Position numbers and translations under genes: made by a program. The notes beneath the pieces were generated by a model. It was not told the DNA's origin and did not search any database. It saw only the letters and a list, made by a program, of their open reading frames with translations. Positions 1 through 8,342 of a stretch of 64,000 nucleotides of DNA are shown here, one piece after another. Where the stretch lies: the IMG/VR virus record IMGVR_UViG_3300046167_000032, positions 16,375 to 80,374 of that record. One strand, given 5' to 3'. The stretch is from a virus. Each line of letters opens with the position of its first letter. Position 1 is the first letter of the stretch.

Positions 1-155
1 ATAAACTCACCTTTACTTACGTTAGCTTCAATATCATCACGAACACCTTCACGAGTTCCACCAATAGGAACTTCATTACCAGACTCTTCGTCAATCATAC
101 CGCCCTCATCTTTTAAGCCACCACGTGCGAATAGTTCCATTTGTTTTTCCATCAT
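1..155 (-). CDS. 5' part of the 992-aa virion-region protein (truncated by window edge)
   Basis: Matches start of 52267..55245 (MMEKQMELFARGG...), with V>I and N>K substitutions. Confidence 0.9.
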   Translation of the reverse strand, partial: MMEKQMELFARGGLKDEGGMIDEESGNEVPIGGTREGVRDDIEANVSKGEF

Positions 156-166
156 AGGATGTTTCC

Positions 167-385
167 TTATTTGTGTTTTAATACTTCGTCACGTAATAAT
201 TTTATTCTACGTAATTGAAAGATCGCACCTTGTGCTCGGTATATGATCTTATCATTGTCAGCTTGTTCCATAGTTCTGTGCTGTTGAGCTATTAGAGAAT
301 CTATATAACTATTGAACTGTTCCCATTGCTGGTGGTTGCTGACCATTGCCTTGAGCTTGCTCAGGTGCTCCTTGTCCTTCTGCAT
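167..385 (-). CDS. Small hypothetical protein downstream of portal
   Basis: 72 aa, identical protein in both copies. Confidence 0.75.
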   Translation of the reverse strand: MQKDKEHLSKLKAMVSNHQQWEQFNSYIDSLIAQQHRTMEQADNDKIIYRAQGAIFQLRRIKLLRDEVLKHK

Positions 386-2459
386 TTCCGCTAAATCCTT
401 GTTCTTGTGGTAGAGGTGCTTGTCCTGTACCTATGTTTCCACCACCTGCGCCTGTAGGGTCTGCTGGGTTAGCACCTGCTGGTGCACCTTGCTGATCTGT
501 TGGCTGTTGTGGTTGTTGAAAACCTTTCATGAGTTCAGCTTGAATAGCTGCCTCGTCCATATTGTTAGTAACCTTATCTGGGTCTAACTCAAGAGACTTT
601 GCAATCTCCCGTATAATATACTGAAATTTTGCAAAAGGTGCAAGGGCTGGACTAGAAGAAATTTGCATAAACTGCATTAATCTTTGGCTACGTACTTCAT
701 TAGCCATCAAGCTTTCTGTACCACGAGCCTTAACCTCTAAATCACCTTTGATCTTAGGATCATAATCAAACTGCATATTGAATCTAAATAAGTTCTCACC
801 TAGTGGACGCAATAGGTAGTCATCAATATTCTTGATAACATTCTTAATGCCACCTTGTGCAGCACCCATTAACATACTAATACCAGAAGCGGTACGACCT
901 ACACCTGACACACCTGTCTGACCATGTGCGAAAGATGGAAATCCTGTAGACTCATCTGCAAGGACACGTGCCTTGTCAAAGAGTTGCAAGTTCTCCTGAG
1001 CAACATTAGGAAACTTAGTTCCAAAAATGCTTTGTCCGGGTGCACCACCTTGGCGACGAAAGACTTTGCCGGGATACACGGACATATCCTGTCCCGGTAC
1101 TAAGTTAGTTTCGTCTACCTCTATCAACAAGTTTCCTGATAGTACAGCATTGTCTACAGCCATACGCATGAAACCATTCATTAGTGTTTGTGTATCATCC
1201 ATGTTCTCAGCAATACCTACACCAAAGAAGCTGTAAGGATTGAGTTCGTATGGTACAGCCATGTAAGGGATACGTGCAGGTTTAAACGGATTCATAACCA
1301 TGCGTAGTAGTTTACCATTACAAATCCATACATTAGCTTGTAACTCATCTACATTAGATAATTCATCTGGTATATCTACACCTTGCTCTATCAGCATTTC
1401 GACATCTACCATGCCCCAATACTCTAGTACTTCAAAGCGTTCAATACCATGCTCAGGTGCATAATCAGATAAATCATCTTCCCAATGTTCTTTACTATAG
1501 TTTTCACCTAGTGAGATAGCTTCATCAATTACAGATGAACGGAAGTGTGGTCTACGTTTAAGTGAACGTAACTGTGTCCTTGACATCTTATGACGTTCAA
1601 TAACAAACTGTGCTTCATCCATATTAGTAGCATCAGGATCAGGATAAAAGTTCCATACTGATACGTGAGATACTTGTGGGATTGTTTTCATTACTGGTGA
1701 ATACTCACCATCTTCATCCCAGTTAGGGTATTCTTTATCTACTGCGAATGGTCCTTTCATTACGCCAGTACCAAACAGTGCCATCTCAAATGCTGTACTA
1801 CGTAAATGTTTACTAGCACTAGACTCTTCTAACTGATCATGTATTTTCTTTTGCATCATCTTAGCCGCTATCATAGCAGGGCTAAATGTAACAGATGTAG
1901 GAGTTTTACCTACACCCTCACGGACATTATCAATCTCACCTAATTTATCTTTGAGTGGTCCAATACTATCAAGTAATGTTTTAGCAGTAGCACCTGCAGG
2001 TAAGTCTTTACCATCACCAGCAAAACCATATGGGTTTACTTCTTCGTTTAGTTCTGACTCACGTAATTGCTCAGGTTCTTTAGGATCGAAGTGTACATCA
2101 GATACTACGCCTTCTGGTAGTTCGGTAGGATCAACTGTTAACGGAAACTTCTGCCCAGCAAATAGTACATCTACTATCTGACCATAAGCAGCAAGTGTCT
2201 TAGTTTTAGTTACTTTAATAAATACTCTTGACTTCTCAGCCTCAGTAAACTGTACATCAGGACTATATAAACCACGATAGTTACGATATGCTTGTAACCA
2301 ACGTTGTTCATCTTGTTGTCTGTAGTCATCAGCACGATTGTACTTCTCCATAATAAATGGAATTATCTTTGCTGTATCTGCATCATCAACCGTAGAGTCA
2401 TCAGTATCCTCTAGGATAATTGCATCATCTTCGATAAAGCCTTCGTTTTCTTCTGCCAT
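309..2459 (-). CDS. Portal protein
   Basis: 716 aa directly after terminase large subunit; podovirus portal-like segments (PYELNPYSFFGVG, RSQRLMQF); Gln/Pro/Gly-rich tail. Confidence 0.9.
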   Translation of the reverse strand: MAEENEGFIEDDAIILEDTDDSTVDDADTAKIIPFIMEKYNRADDYRQQDEQRWLQAYRNYRGLYSPDVQFTEAEKSRVFIKVTKTKTLAAYGQIVDVLFAGQKFPLTVDPTELPEGVVSDVHFDPKEPEQLRESELNEEVNPYGFAGDGKDLPAGATAKTLLDSIGPLKDKLGEIDNVREGVGKTPTSVTFSPAMIAAKMMQKKIHDQLEESSASKHLRSTAFEMALFGTGVMKGPFAVDKEYPNWDEDGEYSPVMKTIPQVSHVSVWNFYPDPDATNMDEAQFVIERHKMSRTQLRSLKRRPHFRSSVIDEAISLGENYSKEHWEDDLSDYAPEHGIERFEVLEYWGMVDVEMLIEQGVDIPDELSNVDELQANVWICNGKLLRMVMNPFKPARIPYMAVPYELNPYSFFGVGIAENMDDTQTLMNGFMRMAVDNAVLSGNLLIEVDETNLVPGQDMSVYPGKVFRRQGGAPGQSIFGTKFPNVAQENLQLFDKARVLADESTGFPSFAHGQTGVSGVGRTASGISMLMGAAQGGIKNVIKNIDDYLLRPLGENLFRFNMQFDYDPKIKGDLEVKARGTESLMANEVRSQRLMQFMQISSSPALAPFAKFQYIIREIAKSLELDPDKVTNNMDEAAIQAELMKGFQQPQQPTDQQGAPAGANPADPTGAGGGNIGTGQAPLPQEQGFSGNAEGQGAPEQAQGNGQQPPAMGTVQ

Positions 2460-2469
2460 TTATTTGTCC

Positions 2470-4050
2470 TTAATATCCAAACGTGGAATCTGCTACATTC
2501 ATACCACCTGATGGTCGCCCATTTGGATCATAATCAAATATGCTAAACCGTGGTCTTGACATGATACCATAACGTAATGCATCGTACAAGTGATCTTCTG
2601 AGGTAGTATCTATATCTTCTGGGTTTCTTTTGTCTATGGGTAACGCAGGTAATTGAGCTACCATGTTAGTACATGTATCAAAGAATACTAAGCGTGGTTC
2701 TTCGGTATATTCATCTACCTGTAACCTTCTATGTATCTCATTCTTACCTGCTACACGTGAACCTTTTGATCTATCTGATGGTCGCCATCTGCAACCTCTT
2801 TGAACCATTTGTTCTGCTAGGGAAGGTCCTGTATCACCACGCTTGTGCCATAGTGAGCTATCAAGTACTCCATACTTAATATTACCATCTCCAGCTTCTA
2901 AGTCAAGTACTTGATCAGCTAAATCTGCGGCTAATACTTTACTTACATATAACTCACGATATACTATTAGTTGTTCACTAGGTGATACCGCAAACCATAC
3001 TACACCAGATTTACTACCATATCCATAATCACACGCTCTAAACTTAACCCAGTTACTTGGTATATCGAATGGTTCAATTACGTGTTTAGTTCTATCGAAC
3101 TCAGTAAACGCTGCACCTTCTTTGATATCCCAATCACCTTCTAGTAATTGTCTTCTTTGCTGTTCTGGTAGTGATAGAAGCATTGCTTCGTAATCACCTT
3201 GTTCAGCTAAGTATGGATTATCTGATAATCTTGCAGGTATAAATTTACGTTTGAATAAAGCTTTACCAGCTTTCTCGTGACCTGCAGGGTATCTTAATAC
3301 TTCAGTTGTTTCAATATCAGTAGCATCAAATGATTTATTATGAGGTGCTGGATCAATAAACATCTTCTTAACCCAATGATGACCTCTACCACCGGGGTTA
3401 GTCGTAGCCCTCATGTATACAGGTAAATCACTTGCAGTAGATCGTAAACGTGAGCGCATGTAGTTCCAAGCAAATGGTGTAGGCCACTGTGTAAGTTCGT
3501 CAAAGCCTATCCAACTAAATGCTAAACCTTGGTATCTTAATACATCATCCTCTTTATCTAGGTATGACATCCACAGTCTTGCACCTGATGGTGCTGTCCA
3601 TTGCATCTTACGTTCTGACCATTTGATACCCGGCCATATTTTAGGATACATTTCTTGAGACTTAAATATAAGTTCTCTTAGTTCTTCTGTAGTATGTCTT
3701 AGTAGCAACCCTGAGAATGATGGGTGTCCCATGAAACGTAGTGGATCAGCTAACATAGCATATGATTTACCACCACCAGCACTGCCACCATATAGTACTT
3801 CACGTTCACCTGCGGCAAGGAAGTCAGTCTGTGGTCCAGCATTAGGTTTAAATATTACATTATGCTGTTCTTCAACTTTAGCTAAATCATGATCAACTAA
3901 AACTTTAGGCGGCTCTGGTTTCTTCTGTGTCTTCTTTTTCTTTTGCACCGAGTCTTGTGCGCTCGATTTCTTCCGCTTTGGCGATTGCCTTTTTCGCATA
4001 GTCTGCCCATCTGCGAAGGCTTCCAGCTTTGTTTTTTCTTTGTCGCTCAT
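2470..4050 (-). CDS. terL: Terminase large subunit (true start uncertain, probably downstream of 4050)
   Basis: Walker A YGGSAGGGKS, Walker B IGFDE, coupling motif ATTNPGG, nuclease motifs CDYGY and DHLYDALRY. Confidence 0.95.
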   Translation of the reverse strand: MSDKEKTKLEAFADGQTMRKRQSPKRKKSSAQDSVQKKKKTQKKPEPPKVLVDHDLAKVEEQHNVIFKPNAGPQTDFLAAGEREVLYGGSAGGGKSYAMLADPLRFMGHPSFSGLLLRHTTEELRELIFKSQEMYPKIWPGIKWSERKMQWTAPSGARLWMSYLDKEDDVLRYQGLAFSWIGFDELTQWPTPFAWNYMRSRLRSTASDLPVYMRATTNPGGRGHHWVKKMFIDPAPHNKSFDATDIETTEVLRYPAGHEKAGKALFKRKFIPARLSDNPYLAEQGDYEAMLLSLPEQQRRQLLEGDWDIKEGAAFTEFDRTKHVIEPFDIPSNWVKFRACDYGYGSKSGVVWFAVSPSEQLIVYRELYVSKVLAADLADQVLDLEAGDGNIKYGVLDSSLWHKRGDTGPSLAEQMVQRGCRWRPSDRSKGSRVAGKNEIHRRLQVDEYTEEPRLVFFDTCTNMVAQLPALPIDKRNPEDIDTTSEDHLYDALRYGIMSRPRFSIFDYDPNGRPSGGMNVADSTFGY

Positions 4051-4333
4051 TATCTAACCGTTTCTTTAAACCTACATGAGAAATAGTTCTACCAGTATTT
4101 CTAGTCAACCAGTTAGCAACTTCTCGATATGAATACTGTTTTAAGTATTTCTGTGCTTGCTCAAGCATATCAAGTTCTGCACTGATTGGCAAGAGTATTC
4201 CTTTATCTTTTGGGTCTAATTCATAACCAAAGGGAATTGTTCTTGCTACACGTGGGATTGCTACCCATCTACTATTTTCTTTAAGGTCTGTCGGTTGCGG
4301 TAATTTCCATTTACCTAATGGTTTAGTCATCAT
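3905..4333 (-). CDS. HTH DNA-binding protein, recombinase-domain-like, in packaging operon
   Basis: IPFGY followed by YSYREVANWL...ISHVGLKK helix-turn-helix pattern; between terS and terL. Confidence 0.6.
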   Translation of the reverse strand: MMTKPLGKWKLPQPTDLKENSRWVAIPRVARTIPFGYELDPKDKGILLPISAELDMLEQAQKYLKQYSYREVANWLTRNTGRTISHVGLKKRLDNERQRKNKAGSLRRWADYAKKAIAKAEEIERTRLGAKEKEDTEETRAA

Positions 4334-4697
4334 CTTCCTGTGCTTTTTTAGCTGGCATCAACATAACACCACCCTTAGCTTCTACTTGCATCTTCTCAGT
4401 TTTAACTAAGCCAGTACGATCAAGTAGTTCTTTTGCTGCAGTCATCTTATCACGTATACCTAACTCAGTAGGATCGTATAGTGCACCTACCATAGCCATA
4501 GCCGCTTTAGGTACATTACGTGCTAAGTAGCTGTGAGTAACATCAATGATTTCTTCTTTGAGACTATTCGTTATTTCTGTGTTAGAAGTATTAGCTGAAT
4601 AACCTGCAATGATCTTAGCACTGGTAATATCTCCACCAGCTTCATCCATAAGGACTGCTAAGAACTTCTTCTGTCTATCTGTTAACTCACGTGCCAT
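4323..4697 (-). CDS. terS: Terminase small subunit (start reassigned to MARELT)
   Basis: LTDRQKKFL...AKIIAGYS N-terminal HTH typical of TerS; AAKELLDRTG; position upstream of terL. Confidence 0.75.
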   Translation of the reverse strand: MARELTDRQKKFLAVLMDEAGGDITSAKIIAGYSANTSNTEITNSLKEEIIDVTHSYLARNVPKAAMAMVGALYDPTELGIRDKMTAAKELLDRTGLVKTEKMQVEAKGGVMLMPAKKAQEDDD

Positions 4698-4701
4698 ATT
4701 A

Positions 4702-5214
4702 TTATTCCACCATGTGTAATGCTTGTTCAAGCGTTTCTTTGTTACGCCTAGACCAACCACGTCCAAATGTTTTGTACGTATCTAATCCTTCATAGAACCC
4801 TTGTCTTACTGTATATACATAATCAATAATATACTTAGGGTCTTTCTCCATAACAAGTTGTAGTGTCTTAGGACCAATAGCACCATCTGCTGTAGCACCT
4901 ACTGCACGTTGTATAGCTTTAGCAGGTCTACCACTACCACTATTAACAGCCCAATCGAATGCACACCAATCTACCCCCGATGGAAGTTGATCACCTTTGA
5001 CTCTATCCCAATAGTTCTGTTTATATATTGGGGCTACATCTTCTGGTGTTAAATCACGCATCTCTTCTTCTGTAGACTCACGACCAATCCATTCGTCATA
5101 TACACGTTTAGTTACACCAAGATTAGTCATGCCACCGGGATCACTAGGATGATTAACGTAACCACCCTCGTGTTCCAGTAGCATTTCTAAACATTCATTA
5201 AAATTACTCTTCAT
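4702..5214 (-). CDS. Endolysin, glycoside hydrolase family 108
   Basis: HEGGYVNHPSDPGGMTNLGVT motif; C-terminal FGRGWSRR peptidoglycan-binding segment. Confidence 0.92.
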   Translation of the reverse strand: MKSNFNECLEMLLEHEGGYVNHPSDPGGMTNLGVTKRVYDEWIGRESTEEEMRDLTPEDVAPIYKQNYWDRVKGDQLPSGVDWCAFDWAVNSGSGRPAKAIQRAVGATADGAIGPKTLQLVMEKDPKYIIDYVYTVRQGFYEGLDTYKTFGRGWSRRNKETLEQALHMVE

Positions 5215-5216
5215 TA

Positions 5217-5576
5217 TTATTTTTTCCCACCGAAGAACTTACTTACGCCACGCATACCAATGCTGGCACTAACGATTCCACCTAAAGAGTACTGATACCA
5301 ATCAGGCATAACCTCTAACGCAGTAAAACCTGCTTGTACTATTTCATTACCCCAATCACCACAGAAGGCTAAAATCAAAGGAATGGAAAACAATAAAGTA
5401 ATCCATTCATCTTTCCAGCTATTCTGTGTGGCTTTCATAGCCTCAATATCCCAGTCTATTTCACCTGTGGCTATCTTCATTTTTGTTTCAGCTTCTGCTT
5501 TCTTTACAGCAGTCTTGCCTTCTATAACTGTACCAGCAAGATTAGCTACTTGACCTATTAAGTTTAGTCCTAACAT
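5217..5576 (-). CDS. Holin-like membrane protein
   Basis: SWKDEW motif, two hydrophobic segments, basic C-terminus, adjacent to endolysin. Confidence 0.7.
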   Translation of the reverse strand: MLGLNLIGQVANLAGTVIEGKTAVKKAEAETKMKIATGEIDWDIEAMKATQNSWKDEWITLLFSIPLILAFCGDWGNEIVQAGFTALEVMPDWYQYSLGGIVSASIGMRGVSKFFGGKK

Positions 5577-5905
5577 TATCCGTTGTTACCTTTCACTTCT
5601 TTCTTGCTCATGTTAGTTACTCCGAAGAATACACCAACTATACCAGCTACAGATAAGAAATATATAGAGGCCATAGAGCCAATGATGTCAGCGGCTTGAT
5701 CAGCACCTACAATAGTACATAGCAATACTAGAAATGGATATGCAAGCATACCAACTAAGCAGAACCATGCCATACGTCTTTGTGCATCTCTCTGAGCATC
5801 TTCATCATCGAGTCTACGTCTACGATCTTCTAACGCTAAAGCATCCCACTCAGTCTTGTCTATAGAGCCATTGTTGTCTACATCTACTTCTTCAAAGCTA
5901 GTCAT
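5576..5905 (-). CDS. EF-hand-containing two-TM membrane protein in lysis cassette
   Basis: Canonical 12-residue loop DVDNNGSIDKTE followed by two TM helices. Confidence 0.7.
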   Translation of the reverse strand: MTSFEEVDVDNNGSIDKTEWDALALEDRRRRLDDEDAQRDAQRRMAWFCLVGMLAYPFLVLLCTIVGADQAADIIGSMASIYFLSVAGIVGVFFGVTNMSKKEVKGNNG

Positions 5906-5907
5906 TC

Positions 5908-6165
5908 TTAGACTTTCCTATACCTTTTAGAAGTTTTAGCAGCGCCTTTAGGCTGTTTAGAAAACTGTTTACCAGCTTTAGTATCTTTACGCTTTTTTGC
6001 AGTAGTAGCTGCGTACTGCGAACTAGACATCGCTTTAAGAGCTGCAGCAGGTAAATAACGTTCCCCTGTAGCTTTACTACCTTGAGTCGAAGGTTTTCCA
6101 CTTTTAGTCCCCCACTTTTGACGAGTCCATTTATTAAGACTCTTTTGTGATTTGGAAAGGGCCAT
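5908..6165 (-). CDS. Small highly basic protein
   Basis: 85 aa Lys/Arg-rich, coupled to neighbours, identical in both copies. Confidence 0.75.
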   Translation of the reverse strand: MALSKSQKSLNKWTRQKWGTKSGKPSTQGSKATGERYLPAAALKAMSSSQYAATTAKKRKDTKAGKQFSKQPKGAAKTSKRYRKV

Positions 6166-6350
6166 TATTTATAGCCCCCACCTGCAGCTTTATAGGCTTT
6201 AGCGAGCATCTGTGCTTTACGTGCGGACCATTGATTGGCCTTGCCCCCCTTAGTTCCCCGTTTAATACGTTCAAACAAACGCTTCCGCATAGTAGGCTTA
6301 GTATAATTTCCTGCCTCATTTACCTTTGACTTTGCTTTCGATTTCGCCAC
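6165..6350 (-). CDS. Small highly basic protein
   Basis: 61 aa, QWSARKAQMLAKAYKAAGGGY; TAATG coupling to next gene. Confidence 0.75.
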   Translation of the reverse strand: MAKSKAKSKVNEAGNYTKPTMRKRLFERIKRGTKGGKANQWSARKAQMLAKAYKAAGGGYK

Positions 6351-6459
6351 GAGTAATACCTATATCTCTCAAATCTTTATCAGACATATTATTTAGTAAC
6401 CATAAGTCGGCACTTGCTTGTCTGCTACGCTCTATGCGCTTGAATAATCTTTTAAACAT
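6316..6459 (-). CDS. DUF1127 (YjiS-like) small protein, 47 aa, absent from ORF track
   Basis: Translated by hand: MFKRLFKRIERSRQASADLWLLNNMSDKDLRDIGITRGEIESKVKGK; L-x2-MSD-x2-L-x-DIG-x-TR-x-EI signature; GGAG SD. Confidence 0.85.
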   Translation of the reverse strand: MFKRLFKRIERSRQASADLWLLNNMSDKDLRDIGITRGEIESKVKGK

Positions 6460-6523
6460 TTTAACTATCTCCGTTATGTTAGTAAGGCTTGTTTACCTTA
6501 CAGAGATAGTTATACCATACTTA

Positions 6524-6552
6524 GTTATATCATAATACAGATAATAATGCAA
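6524..6552 (-). promoter_or_regulatory. Sigma70-type promoter TTGCAT-N17-TATAAC upstream of DUF1127
   Basis: Shares TGATATAACTA -10 context with promoters at 21918-21946 and 51050-51077. Confidence 0.6.
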
Positions 6553-6557
6553 CCCCG

Positions 6558-6929
6558 TTATGCATTCCTAGCAGGGTCATAGTATTCTTCTAGTGAAACC
6601 ATTACATCAATTGTGTTAGTAGTCTCACCATATGCTAATAGCTTATCACCAGCGTGCAGGTTAAAGTAACCACCATTAACTAAGTTATCTACAGAGTGAC
6701 CTGCCATACTTAATCCATTAGCTATATAATGATATGCATTATCTTCTTTGTGATAGAATTGTACGTATACCTTTTTAGTTGAGTTACTATTATTACTCAA
6801 GTGTAGATATCGTACTATAGCACTGAAGTTATTAGGGCATGTGTACAACACAGTAGCACTTGCATCTGCAGCAGTAGCGGATACAAGATAACCTTGTGTG
6901 TGAAACTTGGCGTTGTTTAAATTAGCCAT
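6558..6929 (-). CDS. Hypothetical beta-rich protein, possibly virion-associated
   Basis: 123 aa, VLYTCP...LHAGDKL pattern; near-identical in both copies. Confidence 0.7.
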   Translation of the reverse strand: MANLNNAKFHTQGYLVSATAADASATVLYTCPNNFSAIVRYLHLSNNSNSTKKVYVQFYHKEDNAYHYIANGLSMAGHSVDNLVNGGYFNLHAGDKLLAYGETTNTIDVMVSLEEYYDPARNA

Positions 6930-7021
6930 TACTTACCTGCGTCTTGACACTTACCTGTGGCAGAACAGTTAGCTGGTGTAGTACAGCCCTTACATGTTTT
7001 AAATTTACCTGTAGAATACAT
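6929..7021 (-). CDS. 30-aa four-cysteine microprotein, absent from ORF track
   Basis: MYSTGKFKTCKGCTTPANCSATGKCQDAGK; AGGA SD; stop overlaps next start (TAATG); identical in copy 2. Confidence 0.75.
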   Translation of the reverse strand: MYSTGKFKTCKGCTTPANCSATGKCQDAGK

Positions 7022-7035
7022 TTATATTTTTCCTA

Positions 7036-7329
7036 TTACCATTTAACTTTGTGTGACCAGTACTTAGCACTTAGCTTACTAGTCGGTTTACCTTGAGCAT
7101 TATGTCTAGCATAGTAACTCTTCTTACGAGCTTTATCTTTAGCTGATGTAGGATTCTTACCTGCACCACGTACACCCTGTTGTCCAAAGCGAATAAACTT
7201 ATACGTGTCCCCTTCTTTAGCCATCACACAGTGAGACTTCTTAGGGTGACTAGGTGTCCTCTTAGGCTTGTTTACACCCTTGAGTCCTTCCTCTTTCATT
7301 TTATTCTTGACTCGCTCAGGTATTGCCAT
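7036..7329 (-). CDS. Small highly basic protein
   Basis: 97 aa, IRFGQQG...RKKSYYARH...SAKYWSHKVKW. Confidence 0.8.
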   Translation of the reverse strand: MAIPERVKNKMKEEGLKGVNKPKRTPSHPKKSHCVMAKEGDTYKFIRFGQQGVRGAGKNPTSAKDKARKKSYYARHNAQGKPTSKLSAKYWSHKVKW

Positions 7330-7528
7330 CTGTCCAACCTTCTTTTTTCATTGCCCACTCTACGTGTTCTAAAGTAAACTTACGACCATAGTAGGCTTCC
7401 ACTGCAGTTCTTACGTAGAATACATCACTGTGAGGGATATGTAAGTTCTTTAAATTACCATCAAGTAAATGATCGTAGAATTGTTTAAGAACATCGTCTG
7501 TATATAGTTTTACTGATTTCTTTGCCAT
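7316..7528 (-). CDS. Hypothetical protein, first gene of late arm (start MAKKSV)
   Basis: Identical protein in both copies; the track's TTG start is the -35 box of a promoter. Confidence 0.7.
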   Translation of the reverse strand: MAKKSVKLYTDDVLKQFYDHLLDGNLKNLHIPHSDVFYVRTAVEAYYGRKFTLEHVEWAMKKEGWTDGNT

Positions 7529-7534
7529 TGTCAA
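7507..7534 (-). promoter_or_regulatory. Sigma70-type promoter TTGACA-N16-TAAAAC(TA)
   Basis: Direct reading; conserved in copy 2. Confidence 0.55.
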
Positions 7535-7735
7535 TAGTTAATTGCACAAAGTCCTCGCCTAAGAAGGCGATTTCTATGTACGTACATACCTCATTGCTAT
7601 TGCTTATCACTGTACATGTATACTTATATGTTTATATAGTTTAAGTATTATATAATTATAAGTATATATCATAGTACATGTATACTGTACGTGTATCACT
7701 TATAGTGACCCTACCCGGAATATACTATATACATA

Positions 7736-7763
7736 GTTTTACACACTCTGTACCCCATGTCAA
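7736..7763 (-). promoter_or_regulatory. Sigma70-type leftward (late-arm) promoter TTGACA-N16-TAAAAC(TA)
   Basis: Both boxes conserved in copy 2 while the spacer differs. Confidence 0.65.
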
Positions 7764-8267
7764 CCCCTAATCGTACATTGGTAACAAACTGTGATGATAT
7801 TGTAATATATTGTAACATATAGTGATAGTATTTTGTGATCACAAATATACCCTGCACGTATACATAACACCATATCTGTATAGTGGTTAACACTCTCATA
7901 TTTCTGATCTGTGTAATTGTACATATCATACTAACGTACACCCCCCGTATGCCCCCTGCCCACCCTAGCTTGAGGTCGTTTGCGTGCGCCCACAGGCACA
8001 TGTACACGCATGGTGAGAGCATAATGCATAGGCACATACACCACACACGAGGAATATTCCACAATAACAATCACTTATAGTGATATGACAACTGTTATAC
8101 AATCAGTTGCCTTCACATATGGTGCAAGCATAGGCATGCTACGAGCAAGTGACGTGTGTTGCGCAGTTGATGCACATATACACCCACCCATAGGCATGAC
8201 CTACACATCACGTGCATCACACGCTCGGCTGCCTACACGTATACGCATGCGCACTCGCACTGAGAGC

Positions 8268-8298
8268 TGATTCGTTTTGCCCTCCAAAAAGTGATTCG
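8268..8298 (+). promoter_or_regulatory. Two TGATTCG (GANTC-containing, GcrA-type) motifs 24 bp apart
   Basis: TGATTCGTTTT at 8268 and 8292; conserved in copy 2 exactly where upstream divergence ends. Confidence 0.45.
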
Positions 8299-8342
8299 TT
8301 TTTACCCTAACAAGTCCCACATTGGACTTAATTTGCTCCATA

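Noticed and set aside
7711-8270. Track ORFs in the divergent intergenic region
   Set aside because: Low-complexity His/Cys/Met-rich translations, no SD, frames not kept in haplotype B.
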